NCBI GenBank assembly: GCA_030167865.1
Contig: JALAGF010006649.1
Location: forward strand, 1 to 64,000
Length of the DNA stretch: 64,000 nt
Reading direction: 5' to 3'
Origin: Craspedostauros australis
Taxonomy: Eukaryota
Part shown: piece by piece, positions 10,809 through 24,500 of the stretch
How the letters are laid out: each line of letters begins with the position of its first letter
Numbering within the stretch: the first letter of the stretch is position 1
Position numbers and translations under genes: made by a program
Notes under the pieces: model-generated
Told to the model about the DNA's origin: nothing
Database searches by the model: none
The model's input: only the letters and a program-made list of their open reading frames with translations

Positions 10809-12992
10809 TCACGTGCCGGATGATGTACGAGTGTGGCTCTTCTTTGGTTTGAGGAGCACTTCCATGACTTCAGATGCGGCGGTCATCTTCCTCTTCCTTT
10901 CGATGTTCTTTGCTAGCCGATCGAGACCTGCAGCTACTCGCCCTGCAGCCAGCACCTTGGTGGTCGTAGTTTGGGTCGTCTGCTTCTCCTCTCCTAGGAA
11001 CTGGCGCCATGTTTCGCCATCCTGTTGGGTTTGTCTCCTGTGCCCGGGTGGCTTGCGGCTCGCCATCAGCGCAGGACCGTTTCCAATCAAAGGCCCCATA
11101 AAAGCTTCTCCTCCTTGTATCTTATCAGCAATGCTCTTTCCTGGGCGTTTCGGAGCAGACAGAAATGATGGTCGCAGGGGTGGGTGACAGCTCTGGTTGT
11201 TGGCGCTGTAACGTTGAAGCGTCGCCGCTGCCAACGAGTTCTGCAGGTGATTGTGCGGAGCGAGCTGCGCGGATAAACCAGAGACCAAGGTTGTTTCGCG
11301 CCATCCTGTCCGTCTTGGGACACGATCACCAAGGGACTGTATCATCCTTGTGGCTCGCTTTTGTTGCTTCGGGTTTGCAAGTACTGGGTTGTTAATACCT
11401 GTGCATTCTCTGAGAGTCTTCGCGCAAAAGAGATCCATCATGTCTTGTGGTGCCGTGAGCGTCTTGGATGAGTTGTTGCCGATCAGACGCAATTTTTCGT
11501 CCATGCCAGCCCCATGATGAGCAGCCGGTTTCGCTGGCTCGGACAAAGTCCCGCCCCCAAGCAACCAGGCGTGAGGACCGGCCAGCTGCATTTGACGTGT
11601 GCGAGTGCGAAGTCTGTTGACATCCTGCGCAGCCTGGACAAGTCCGGCAACATGAACAGCTTCTCTGTCGAAGGCTCGCACGTGGTGCTGGGGTTCGTCT
11701 TGGGCGGCCTTTTCGACCTCGTCGATGGCACACAACTTCGATCCTGTCGAAAAACCGCCAACCCAAGGGAGATTGGAGTCGATTGGTTGACTCACCGTGC
11801 CTCCTGCAACTCTCTCTTCGGTGAACATCTGACGGATAGCACGAGTGGGACTTGCTTTTGAAGCAATGCCAACACACTTGGTTGGCGGAACGCCCGGTAG
11901 CAGATCGCGCGCAACGGCTGCCACCACTTGTTGATCGCTGCCACGGCTCCGTCGATCCGCTTGCAGATGACGGATCCCGATTGGGTCATCCACGATGGAT
12001 GCCAGCAAACTTGGGGTAACTTTGGTTGCAGAAAGCGCCATGGTTGCTGCAGGTAGATGGTGCCTGTTGGTCTCCGTCAACGAGGTCAGCGCCAGAATGT
12101 GCGAGTCCAATGGGTGCTTCTTGTTCAGACTGGTGTCACTGGTCGGTCGGAGTTGTTGGAGTTGTTGGAATCCTGGCAATTGCTGAGTCTGGCAGAGACT
12201 GAGGGGCTCATTCTGCAGAATGGTCGCAATCGAGTTGTCACCGCGGATCGGATTGGCGCGAAGATGGCCTTTGCCAGCGCAAGGCACACCAATGGTGCTG
12301 ACCAAGGAAGATGAAGGATGACCACCGCTGTACTGTTGCATGTCCATGGCGTAGATTCCGCATCGAGGCGGAAGTTGCGCATCAAGGCTCGAGACCAAGG
12401 CGGATGGGAGTAGGACAGCATCCACCGTAGTGGGCGAGGGGCGAGTAGCCACCGTGTAGCCATCGGCCGCACTGGCGTGAGCAGGAACGTCTTGCAATTG
12501 GACGGCATCCAGACTGGATCGTGGATGAAGCAGTCGGAACACATGGCGGAATGCTTGCTTGATCTTTTGGATCAACAGGTTGTCATCTCGCACGACGATG
12601 AACGCTTCCTGGTCGGCCGTCGGTGGATGATCCGGTCCGCCCACCTCTTGCTGGTCAAGGGGGCCGGCCTTGCGCAAGAATTCGCCATTCTTCGCGTGCA
12701 CAGCGGCGATCACCAGCTGAGCGGCGCGCCGCTTGCCTTCCTTGCTTTTGGCATCGTGGTAGGCCTTGTGGTGCTGCTGGATGAGCGCTCTGAAGGCAGT
12801 GTTGCCTGGCAAGTCCATCGGACCCGTGCCTCGCCCAAGGAGTACATCGTGGATTCCTATTTCTTGGCGATACGTGCGGGAATGGAGCTCGCTTTCCTCC
12901 CCAGCCTGGCTCGTTGATCTCTTTGCATCTGAGTCCTCGGGCGGTCCGGAGGTGTCGGCCAAGGTCCCGGAGTTGCTGCTGGCAGGGTTCAT
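10809..12992 (-). CDS. DUF6824-domain protein (paralog B), 727 aa
   Basis: HDVLLGRGTGPMDLPGNTAFRALI...NGEFLRK...DDNLLIQKIKQAFRH near the N-terminus. Basic C-terminus (KRKM..KPKK) could be an NLS. Confidence 0.85.
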   Translation of the reverse strand: MNPASSNSGTLADTSGPPEDSDAKRSTSQAGEESELHSRTYRQEIGIHDVLLGRGTGPMDLPGNTAFRALIQQHHKAYHDAKSKEGKRRAAQLVIAAVHAKNGEFLRKAGPLDQQEVGGPDHPPTADQEAFIVVRDDNLLIQKIKQAFRHVFRLLHPRSSLDAVQLQDVPAHASAADGYTVATRPSPTTVDAVLLPSALVSSLDAQLPPRCGIYAMDMQQYSGGHPSSSLVSTIGVPCAGKGHLRANPIRGDNSIATILQNEPLSLCQTQQLPGFQQLQQLRPTSDTSLNKKHPLDSHILALTSLTETNRHHLPAATMALSATKVTPSLLASIVDDPIGIRHLQADRRSRGSDQQVVAAVARDLLPGVPPTKCVGIASKASPTRAIRQMFTEERVAGGTVSQPIDSNLPWVGGFSTGSKLCAIDEVEKAAQDEPQHHVRAFDREAVHVAGLVQAAQDVNRLRTRTRQMQLAGPHAWLLGGGTLSEPAKPAAHHGAGMDEKLRLIGNNSSKTLTAPQDMMDLFCAKTLRECTGINNPVLANPKQQKRATRMIQSLGDRVPRRTGWRETTLVSGLSAQLAPHNHLQNSLAAATLQRYSANNQSCHPPLRPSFLSAPKRPGKSIADKIQGGEAFMGPLIGNGPALMASRKPPGHRRQTQQDGETWRQFLGEEKQTTQTTTTKVLAAGRVAAGLDRLAKNIERKRKMTAASEVMEVLLKPKKSHTRTSSGT

Positions 12993-15900
12993 CCTGGAGG
13001 GCAGCGAGGGAGGGGGTCGGTGAGGTCGAAGGAGTGGGCGAGCAGAATACGATCTGTTGTGGTCGGTGGGATTCTATTGCGCAGAGGATGAGAATACTGA
13101 GAAATCGTCACTCTGGGTAAGTGTGAAGGCAAAGGACGGTCAAGGACACACGAACAAGAGGGTTTGGAAACGGAGAAGCAAAGACAAACGACAAATTCAT
13201 CGTTTGGCATCGTGAGGCATGAATGGCGAGGTACAGAGAGGTGTGGCACCAGACAGAGAGGAAGAGAAGGTTCGTCAAGGTCAATCGCCTGTTGCGTCGT
13301 TGTATCATGGGCTACACCCGCACTGTGTGATGCGATGCGATGCGACGCTGCAGCAGGCGACATCGGTTGAATGTGAAATCATTTGCACAGGACAGTTCGG
13401 CACCTCCCTGCGAGTATGACTCTTGTCCATCAGAGGATGCAAGATGGCAAAGGCGTTGTCGTTGCCGTTGTCAGGGATGAATTTGCAACCTCAAGATCGG
13501 GCAGGAGTCGCGAAGGCAGCGGGATCGATGCGCCAATAACTCCACTGGGCCAACGCATGATCCACCCCATGCCGATGCAGCTCAGTTCGTCACGAGTTGG
13601 CTCAGATCGGTGCGCCTCCCACCTTGCTGCACGCACGAAGGCCTCGGCCTGCGATTCGCTTCAGCATGGTGTGGAAGAGGGTGCTTCGCAGCCTCATACA
13701 CAGCCAAGCTAAAAGAAACGAGGTTTCCTGACATTGCCATGGTCATGTCAGGACAACGAAGCACAGCCATTGCCATTTGCTCGCCTTCGCAAAGGAGCGA
13801 TTCTCGGTGGCGGGAGAAGGTGATCCTTCAGGAAAAGACGCGTTTGCGTCCCGATGCTCGAAACATGCCGTTGACTTACTTGTACAATGCCTACGTGTAT
13901 GGTATGTGTATGTGTATGGTATGTGAATGGTATGTGAATGTGTATGGTGTGGTATTCTTGAAGATTCCAGATTCTCGCGGATGGATCGTAGATTGCGAAT
14001 CGGTGTTGTTTGAATCGTCAAATGTAATTTGTGGTCTTCAAGCCGTCGCCTTCCCCACAGCACAAATTGATGCGCAATGTATGCCACCCGTACGAGTATA
14101 CGAAGATGGAGCAAAGGAAGTCCAAGTATTATATGTTCCGGACTCAGCAGAGATGGATGGTGTCTGGTACGAGTATGCTCCTCGTTTGCTACGTTCTGTT
14201 GTGAGTTGAAGCGTACTGATGATTGTGTCCAAGAGGTATCACGAGGTGCTGTAATGTGCGACCCGGTCCAGTATGTGGAGTAGTCGTACGGTATGCCTGT
14301 ATCTGCCGATACCTCGCAATGTCTCCGCAAACAACGTGGGATCGCTGGATTCGTTGTTGACGTCAAAAGGGTGTCGGGAGTGCACAAGTCCAGGCAGGAA
14401 GCCTGCTCGTTCGCTCTACGAGTATTTTGCACCGAAACAGTCCCGACACGGTGGCTGCGCGAGCTGCTGTTCGAGCTGTTCTGTGGGCATTCGTGTTGGT
14501 ATTGGTGCTTGTGTGCCTCTCTGCCTGCATCTCTCTACTCTCTGATCGCTTTCTCCCTTCCTCTCCCATTGATTTCCGCTCTTGTTCTTTCTCTCGCCGC
14601 AGCCGTCGCGGTACGCCTATGCAGTGTTGCGTTTTGCGTAACTGGGACGACAAGCATGGCGCCAGCAGGGTCAGTACAATAATAGGAGCACAACACAGGT
14701 AGGAGAAGGCACCAACATCCCATTCGGTACCTCGTAGTCCGCCCTGTTCCGGCTGTTGGGCGTGTGGGGAACGATTCGTGTTTGGCCATCTGTTGTGTGG
14801 AGTACAAACTATCAGTAGCTCGTGGAGCGCATACGTGTCGAGTAGAGGAATCGCCTGACACCCAACGCGCACCTGAAACGAACACAGATGGTCCCAGTTT
14901 TCGATGTGTCAATAGCACACACGCCAGGCACTGTGGGACAACAAGGGAATGAAACCGAGACAGCCCTGATTGGAAGCGGCTCTCGCGAGGGTGGACAAGA
15001 CCACCGCAAGCACAATAAATGAACGAACACAACATCATCTGCCAAGAATTTTCGGCCAAAGGAGAATAACGCTGCGACGCAAAAGAAGCCGATCAAGAAA
15101 AGCAGAACAGAGCATCAACCTGCACTGACAAAAGCTTGTCGCTTGTGATCTTGGACGTGAAGGGTTCGCGACGAAGCGTCGCAGCAGTTCTACTCCTCGA
15201 AACGAAGAGCACCGAAGGTGCAACAGCACGTATTCGTACTGGATACGAGAACGGTACTAGCTCGAGTATAGTCGAGTCAACCAACAGAGTTGGAGGGAAC
15301 GCGTGCCGTGTCGTCTGTGTCACCGGACATGTCACTTTCTCATCGTGGGAATGGGAGCATGACCTCGGCGTGTACCAATACACCACACACGAACTGGCAG
15401 AGATGTGGACAGATGTGGACAGACGTGAAGAGAGACAGAGACAGAGTGAGAGTGCAGCTTTGTCATGTTCGTACTCTTGGACAAGGTAGCGAAAGAGTCA
15501 CTCTCAGGCGAGCCGTGATCGTTCCCTGTTGACACGACACACACATGCTCGTAGATCGCAGGTGTGTGTACCCTTAGACTGTTACGAGTGCCGAAGAACA
15601 AACAAAGTGCGTGTATCGCGTAGCCTGCGATCTATGTATGGAACTTCTGAACGTTTCCTAGTGCATGCGAAGATGTGCGCATGTCTGTGAGGAGCCGCAG
15701 CTCGTTGGTATTCCGCGCTTCTCGCACAGATGCTGCTGCTGTACGAAGAGACACATCGAAAACGAGGACATTGCAGGAGTGGACTAGAATGTATGGAGCA
15801 CACCTTGTGGAGACGATCAAGTCCATCATGAGGTCGCTTCGCGTCAAACAAGTTCCCAAGAACAACATGAAACACAACATACATGCCATCGCTCCTCTCG

Positions 15901-18874
15901 TATTGCACTGTACCTGTTCCAGTACGAGTTTTGTTTGGGATTGACATGGTAGCAAAACACCGATCCGCCAACACATCTGTCTTGATTTGGTCTTGGCATC
16001 GACAGCTTTGTTGGTGCCCAGAGAAAATGTGTCGGTGATGCGAGAAGAGAGCATTCCTTCTGTCATTGGGGATGATGCGCCGTGGATACGTGACACATTT
16101 CCATTCCTCGGGCGTCGACCTTGCGTCAAAAGCTACCACGATGAATCACAGGCGCAATACTATTATGGCCATCCTCTACGATTTATGCTCACGCATTGCC
16201 GCACTTCTCTGGAGAGACATTGTACGTACTCGTACCTCGTCCGACGTGCTCGGCCGACAGGTCAGCAGATCGGCGTATCGTGAAAAAAGCCGTGAGAATG
16301 GAGATAGAATGACCTGCGAAGAGCAGAACAGCTCCGGCTCTCGCAACGCGGTGATGACTGCAACGGCAAAGAAACACAGGCGTATTTCGGCGCAAACCCA
16401 AAAATCCTGCAGAAGACGGTGCACAAAAGCCTTGCCATGGCACAGAATTCGGGGACTGTCAGCTGACCACCGCCATGCGCTCATGCTTTTCGCGGGCACC
16501 GGGTCAACCCAAGAGCGACTGTTCCACCATCGCTGATGCGCCCTTCTGCAATCATCACATGGGCGTTGAGGCAATCATGGCGCCTGAAGGTCGCGGCATG
16601 TTCTGCAGCATCAAGGAGGCGATCTCATGGCGGTGGCGTATCGTCACCTCGCATTGCGAAAGAGTTGCTCTGTTCTCTGTGTATTTCCACGAGCTGTTTG
16701 TGGCCGCGTGGTCGCGAACACCAAACGTATCTTTTTTGGTCCGAAAGATGACTGCAGTTAAGATTCGTGTACTTTCGTAGACGAACCGGAGTAGGCCTTG
16801 TGGACTGCCGGCTTCAGATGAGGCCGATTAACGCAGTTCACTGGGCTTGAATGTTGTATGACTGTCAAGGCTTGTAACGATGAATAGAGTAGTAGTATTG
16901 GTACTAATCCGAAGTTGTTCTTATGAGTTAGTAGCCGTAGGCAGGATGAAGAAACGATAGTAATGTATTGGCACGGCCCAGCACTGACCCTCATGGTTCA
17001 GTGCTGAGAAGAGGCTGTACTTTCCTCCGTGTCCTTCTCCCCTGAATCGCTAGCGATGTCATGCAGTAGGTCTCGTGGCTTCAGGAGATGTTGAAGGGAT
17101 GGGAGCTGCGCAGCCGGAGCCAGCAGATTGCACTTGCATCGGGATTCCATTGCTGAGGTTGAAGCAGCTTAGATTGCTCACAATGTGGCTGGCATGGCCG
17201 ACAAACGTCGTGGTAGTGAAAGGGGATCCAAGTGAAGTCCATCTGACAGGATCTGGGGAGCATATAGTTCCCACATGCGTTGGTTGGCTTAGACGGACCG
17301 TAGCATGGGAATCGGGAACGATTCGTGACTGAAAAGAGGGGAGGGCAAGGAAGGTCTGTCCATTGTCGGGTTTGGACAATTACGCGCCAATAGTAATTTC
17401 AAGCAACGACACGGGATACCGTAAAAAGGGAAAGTAGTCGGTTCTTAGGACCCCATTCAGGACAAAAAGGTAGTATCCTGCCGATTTTTTATCGGACAAC
17501 ATTACTTTTTTTGCAAACGATGTGGCGTGTTGTCCATTAGGGTCATATTTATTTAGCTAGCTTTTACGACACAAATACCTGGCTGACTTGTCTTCAGCGT
17601 GGACGAAAATGCTGACGTCAACGACGGTCGATGTCAGACTGCGATGGTACGGTGTGGATGGTGATGTTGTGACAGTTTCGGTGTCGCGTTGATTCCTCAC
17701 GTTGTCGATGATTTGGCTCGGTTGTGTGTTTCCTCCTTCGCTCGTTGCGCAAAGCAGCACAGCGTTGGTGGTGGCACCCCTGCGCGTCAGCTGCAACAGC
17801 AACACTTGCGAATACCACACAACACAGNNNNNNNNNNNNNNNNNNNNNNNNNNNNNNNNNNNNNNNNNNNNNNNNNNTCATGGAGCACACTAAATTTTCT
17901 TTGGTATGCAAAGCAAATATATACATAAATAACTCAGTGATTACATCGTAGATGTGCCATACGGCATTACCCTCGCCTCCCCGGCCCCGTGGGGCAATGT
18001 GTTGAGCAATCTGTCAAGTGTCCCTTCTCAAGCCATCCCCAGCCACGACGCCATGCTTGCCTCTCGGCTTGTATCGTTCGCGATCGTCGCCGCGCTTTCA
18101 CCACCGCTTGGATGGCTATCATAGAGTTCACCCACTGTTTCATCTGTTTCTCTGTACTGTACTTGATACTGCNGGCTTCTTGGAGTANNTGTAGCTCCGA
18201 TTTGTTCATGTNCTGGCTCGCACCCTGTATCAGTCTTCGTACCTGCCTACGCAAGTCCCTCGTGGCCNGGTGTTGTTCTTCATCATGCACTTTGGCGTTC
18301 CTGGCCATCCACACCTCCCAGGGCACTTTCCGTATCCATCGCACCATTTCCCGAGCCCATGCGTTTGCGTCTGGATATCGGCACTCATGTGTCATCATCC
18401 ATTGTTCCTGCTGGCTTACCCAGTCTTTGTGCAGAAGCCCTACCAGTAGTGGGTACCATCCAATGACACTTTGTGTGTCATTCGAGCCTACNNNNNNNNN
18501 NNNNNNNNNNNNNNNNNNNNNNNNNNNNNNNNNNNNNNNNNAACCAAACCCACTCTCATGTTCCTTACCAATCGTGGGGATGTTCCACTCTCCGCCATGC
18601 GATCCACTAGGTTCGAGGTGGCGATCGTCCATGCCTTGTGATGTTCTGGGCATTGCAACACATTCTGGGTGGTTTCGTCACACCTGCAGATCTTGCACTT
18701 GGCCAATGACATCTGTCCGGTCTGGAGAAACTTCTTGTTGACCCCAATGAATCCAGAGGCCCACTTCAAACTGAGCATGGTCAAGCTGCAGTTTTGCTTG
18801 GACTGGCGCGCCGCCTTGTCCGTGCGCCAATCGACCTGGTCCAGCTGGTTGCTGTCCAACTGGAACTTTGAGGA

Positions 18875-19512
18875 TCAATACTTCATCGCCAAGGCAGACT
18901 GAAGGAGCTCATTCATCGCACCTGGGTCCACGCGTGAGTGGTTGTCTTTGCAAAGCTGGAGTCGCTGCCTGTTGGTGTCAGTGGACCAGGTTCGCACGTA
19001 GGGTCTCTGACAGGTTTCTTCCCAGAATTGCTTGACTTTCTTGTTGGCCTCCATGTTGAGCTGCTCCATCACTGTCAGCTGTTTGCCAGTGGCATCTTGG
19101 TGCCCCTTCACCCATTCCCACTTCAGCGAAGCCAGGATCTGCCATTGGAGCCTCCTGATTTCCTTGAGAACATCCCAGTCCTTTTGGCTTGGTAGCAAGT
19201 TGTCCTCCTGTGCTTGCAAGAGCGCCTGCTTGCCGTCCAGGGCAATGGTGATCACACTGTCCTTGTGAATGCCTGGAATCTCCAAGACGATTGCAAGGGA
19301 CGCCCATATCCCAGCAAACTCACTTTCATAGGCACTGTGAACTTCTGGGGCCCCAGAACGAACGTTTGGCAGTACATGTGCTGCTGGGATTCGACGTCAA
19401 ACGCAATCGATACTGATGTCCCTTGCCTGTCTTTGGACGACCCGTCGCTCACCATCAACAGTCTGTTGCGGTTTGCTGCCCTCATCGCCTTGTGGAGAAC
19501 TATGTCCCCCAC
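18875..19512 (-). pseudogene. RNase H domain of the LINE, frameshifted
   Basis: MVSDGSSKD (first catalytic Asp), ALDGKQAL, DWDVLKEI, WEWVKGHQD, EQLNMEAN motifs. Confidence 0.85.
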
Positions 19513-20779
19513 CAGTTTTCAATCGGATCATATGCAGCGGTGGGCTCGTCAGGAGGCTTTGTGAGCCCAACATGCCCGTCCCATTCAATTCCGCGTGCTG
19601 TGGAAACCACAGAGACTCTCTTGGCGTTCGCTGGAGCTTCAGCCACTGTCGCAATTTGAGTGTACTGCTTCCTTTGGGTCCGGCTTCGTCGATACAGTCG
19701 ATACCATAGAATCGGAGAGGCAGCCAGGTCCCAGATGTCATCTTGATATGGCTCCTTCCACCATCGCCACAACCTGTCATTGCAGTGCCACTTGCCCAAT
19801 GGTCGGTGTAGTGTTATACCTTGGTACCACATTGATCTGTACCACTGTTGCCACTCCTTCCACCAACCACTTGGTAATCTCTGCGGTTGCTTCGCCCATC
19901 ATCTTGGTACGATGGACGCCCGTATTCCGTTGTGTGCCTCCGACAAGATCCTGGTACCTTCGACTGACACGATGTCTGACAATCACAACACCCCTAGTTT
20001 TTNATGCACATGTTCAGGTGATAGAGCTGCGCCCCCTTCACCTGCTGCCGGATCCANNTATCCATCAGAAAGGAGNCACCTTCACNCTGCGTTTTGCTGG
20101 ACATCGTTGTTTCGCACACCTCAATGCCGGTACCCTGGAGTTGACCCCACAGACCAGCAATCCAGAATTTGGTTGTGCAATGTCCGAGCCAAGCATACGA
20201 GTATTGGAATAGGGAACTCCCTACCCCTAGCTCCTCCTTGAGCGCTTACACCAAGCACTTGACCATCTTGCCGGTCTGGGCCCCCGATGAACCTCATCGA
20301 AAGCCAGCTGAATCTGAGCCATCAGCTGGGAATTGGCAGGACTTACAATGCCCAATCCTCCAAGGGATTTCGTGCNNNNNNNNNNNNNNNNNNNNNNNNN
20401 NNNNNNNNNNNNNNNNNNNNNNNNNNNNNNNNNNNNNNNNNNNNNNNNNNNNNNNNNNNNNNNNNNNNNNNNNNNNNNNNNNNNNNNNNNNNNNNNNNNN
20501 NNNNNNNNNNNNNNNNNNNNNNNNNNNNNNNNNNNNNNNNNNNNNNNNNNNNNNNNNNNNNNNNNNNNNNNNNNNNNNNNNNNNNNGGCTTTCTTTCACA
20601 ACCGCCTCACTTGCTCCCTGTTGTCTCTGTCAAACTCAATGAGCACGCTCAGGGTGAACAGCGGCTGATCCATCGTCTTGTTGGGGATCTCTGCTCTTGT
20701 ACCTTGTCCTTCGTTGATGCGAATATTGGTGGTGGCCTTGGCATCGCGCCGTTCCCATTTATCGGTGTTGAACTCCGGT

Positions 20780-21560
20780 TGGATGGCCCACCATGCTGAC
20801 TTCTCTGGTACCAGCGCTCCTCCTGTAACTTGCAGCAGTTGGCTCTAATCCTGGACTATCTGTTTCAAGGCTTCGGTATCGGCGCCGTCGTGCTCCCGTT
20901 GCTCGAGTCGGATCAGGTTGGTATCATCAACCAATTCCAAGCCTAGCACTGGTATGAACTCTCCCAGTAGACTGGACAAGGCCAACATGTGGCCCAGTCT
21001 TGTCATGGCCTTAAACATGACAGAGCTGATACCAGCCCAGATTGCAGGGCCTGCCCCATTGTCTTGTCCAATGCCATGCATGTCACAGTCAGTGCCTTCT
21101 TTGTAGCACCTGCTGGACACTCCATATGCAGTGCTGATGTGGTGTCTGGCATCGCGTAGGGTTTTGAACATGCTCTTTGTAGCCGATCCGTTCGCGCCCG
21201 CGGCCATCATCGCCGCAGCCGCAAAGTTGGGTATGATCCTGTTGTAACACGACTTCGCATCATTGGAACAGAACACCACTGTTACCTTCTGTTGGAATCC
21301 GAGGACAATGGTGAGCTGCTTGCTCAGTGCAACACTCATCGCCAATCTGCGCTTTCGGCTCCCTAACTGAAAGCCCGATAGCCAGCCGGCCTTCTCCGCC
21401 GTCCGCATCATCTGCTTGCCGAGCTGCTTGTTGTTCAGGTTGAACTGCGCGTCCATGAGCTGTATCGTACGCAATTTTCAATGTTGAACACTTGCGCCTT
21501 CTTGAGAATTTCCACATCGGTAACGCGTTGCCACGGTGTTGGGGAATGCCCGGTCTGGTA
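20780..21560 (-). pseudogene. Reverse transcriptase domain of the LINE, disrupted
   Basis: RTIQLMDA.FN, Q.GSRK, SNDAKSCYNRI, GIGQDNGAGP.IW and LVDDT (degenerate YADD-type box). Frameshift near 21475 and a stop at 20845. Confidence 0.9.
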
Positions 21561-24500
21561 TGGTGCCTCCTTCAGCATTGTATCCACGTGGGCCAGTGCC
21601 TGAACCATTGCAGCAGCCTTGCAATGATCAAAATGGGGACAGCTCAGCTCTGAATTGGTGAGCTCCGTCTGCTTTTTCCAGGCCTTCGAATGCTCCATTC
21701 CAGTGAGTTCCGACTTGTCCTGCACAATAGACTCAAGGGACTCCAACAGAACCCTGATCATGGGGTCAATTGTCTCTGGTATGGGTGCCTCCGTCTCAAC
21801 GAGTGGTCGTCCAAGTTCTGGTATCCATATATGGTCCATGAGTTGCTTGCCCTGGCCCATCATACAGGGGGTGCTGTTGGCCTGGGAGAACCTCTTCTTG
21901 TTTTCCTGGATGCATGCTGTGACTATCTTGTACTGCTCATTACATTCATGCAGCTGTCCTTTGTTGTCCATTAACAGAACTTTGGTGGTCATCAATTTGC
22001 CTTGCCCGAACGCCGCTCTGAGGCAGCCGGCTTGCTCTCACTGCTTCTCCCTGTTCAGGAGCATTTGTAGAGCAGCTTCGTAATCCTGTTCGTTTGAGTC
22101 ATGTTGTTGTCTTGCCATCCGCACCAGGTGATCTTGCCTTGCTTGTGTGTGCTCTATATTTTGCTTCTAGTAGGCTTTGTATGCTTCAGAGCACATTTGC
22201 TGTGCTTGTTGGAGGTTCATGCCTTCCTAGAGACCTACCCACTTTCTGGCTCGCTGTTGAAGAGAGGAGTTCACTTTCACACCCAGGAGATGCTTCACCT
22301 CAAGTGACCAGAGTTGAATCATGTCCTAAGAGTGTTGTATCTCTGGCGACCATGTGACTTCCCCCATTTTCAACTTGCTGCACCCTTTCTCCGCAAACTG
22401 CCTGATCTGGTTCGTTTGTTCCAGGAGCTTGTCGAACTGGAGGCGCTACTCTCATGCCATGCTCCATCCTTGGGCCTTTGCTGTTGCCAACAATTCCTCC
22501 ACGCGTCTGTGTATGTTGTGTTTGCTGTATTCTTCGAAAAGAGCGTGATCCAGCTTGTTGCTGCAAAAAAAAAATGGTAGTTGGAAATCAGTCCCCGCGC
22601 TTCCACCTGTCATTTGGGATGGAAGATGAAAAAGGTGCGATTGCGGTTGGACTTGTCTGTATCCACTGACATGAACAATGTGTAGTCTGGGTCTTCGAAA
22701 GGCCAAAGATTCATGATGACCTCGCGCAGAGTGAGTCTTCATATCAGCACTTCCACATCCAACTGCATGATAGAGTACATGCCCTCTGTCACCATTTTCT
22801 GTTCGAATGCGACCTGATGCGCTACCATCGAACTCAAGTTCGCGAGTTCCAAGGGTGGGTGATAGAACTTTTGGTCAAGAGCGTCCAGCATGAAGCTCGT
22901 CTGTTTTCCGAGAAGGAGTACTGTGTCTGCGCAGTTGTTGAACATGTCTTTCATCACAACATGGCAGGATCTGGGCTTTGACTTGCTGCACATGATGTGG
23001 GTGGCCCTTGGCCAGTTGTGATAGCCATCCAATTCGGATTGTTGTCCTCTCTTCTTCACCAGTTGAATCTTATGGATGTGAAGTTGAACTACGCATTGGT
23101 TCTTCACAACCTCATGCTCATTGATTCCTTCTGCCAAATCCTCCATATTCATGGTGCTGTGGCTGCCAAACAGCCAGCCTGCTGCCACAATGTTGTGTTC
23201 CTGAATGTCAGACTTCCTGAAAGCCATCGCAGCTGTTACTAGTGTTCCATCATCCTCAAAAGTGTCAAGGTCCTGTTTGTGGCCAACCCAAATGAATGTG
23301 TAGGTCATGAATCCTGTTCTTGCATAGATTCTCTCCAAATTGCTTCAGCATCTCACAGCTGGTCCATGCAACGTCCGCGGCCATCCAGGGTCATAGCTTT
23401 TTGCTTCTCCGCCATGCCAGGATTTTTGCCTTGGAGTCAGTGCGGAAAATGAATGCGCGTAACGCGTTCAATCCTGTGATGACTTGCACCAACAGAGTAT
23501 CACTGCCCTCCCTTGATATTGGCAGACACACATCAAAGAAGCTCTTGTGGATGTTGCTGAGGACATCATTGATGCTCACCAGTTCTCAAGCTTGTGGGTT
23601 CTTCCTTGGGTACACCATTACTTTGTTTTTTTGGCTTGCATGACTTCTTTTTGGATGTGGAGTTTGGAGAGTTGGCCTGTGGAACGTTTTCATCTTCGTT
23701 TTGTCGAGATGGATGCCCTTGACCTCCATGGATACCGTCCTTACTGCAATCCATGCAGCTGTTACATGTGTGGATAGGATCTGTCCAATTTCCACATCGA
23801 AGAGGAGAAGATGTTGGACGTTGCCAGCAGTTGCACCATGATTTGCACCATCAGCAGGTGGGATTTCGCGGGTACTTTGTTGTTGTACGCGTCGCTGAAC
23901 AACTGCTTCCACTGTTCAAAGGATGCCCCATCCGCCAGATCGTCCCTCATCTCCTTTACAAAGGCAATGGGCTCATCAAGCACACCCTCTTCCCCAGATG
24001 CAGCTTGGAAAGGTTCCAAGCCCCATGTCATCAGGTTCCTCTTGCGGAGGTTGTCACCCCAACTTCTCTCGTGCTGATGACTCCAAGTCCAATGGTTCTC
24101 GTTTTCAGTGGGTTGCTTTTTTGTTGTCTTGTTGCCTGGAGAGTCGCTTGCCACCTCGGCCTCCTTGTTCTGGACATCCTTGTGCCATGGTCGGCATCGA
24201 TCGAGCACTCTGGTTGGCTTTGCCAGAGCCGTTTTATGCGCCTGTGCGCAACATTGTCAAAGATTTTGTTCTAGTACTGATTCTACAGGTTCTACATGAG
24301 AATTTTCGTGCTGGTCCTACGTACGTCATCAACTGTGGAAGAGCCATGGGACATTCTTTAGTATGCAAAATATAGCATTATTTCACACTAAGCTTAGTGT
24401 GTTAATACAAAGTCCTGCACAACCTGCTTTGCTCCCATTGGACAGGGGATGCCAAGGTCATCTGCTGAGCTGTTGGCATGGTGCGGAAAGATACTGGTGG

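Larger units (their letters stand above)
17880..24350 (-). mobile_element. Degenerate non-LTR retrotransposon (diatom Ambal-like LINE): ORF1 remnant, RT, RNase H, C-terminal Cys motif; boundaries approximate
   Basis: Collinear minus-strand fragments: ORF1-like (22500-24347), linker KLKMGEVTWSPE (~22345-22380), RT, RNase H, CKIC..DETTQNVLQC (~18650-18695), W..RNAKVH tail (~18290). Many stops and frameshifts. Confidence 0.88.

Noticed and set aside
13000..17400. Many 60-230 aa ORFs
   Set aside because: No codon bias or motifs. At this GC content such ORFs are expected by chance, so the region is treated as intergenic.
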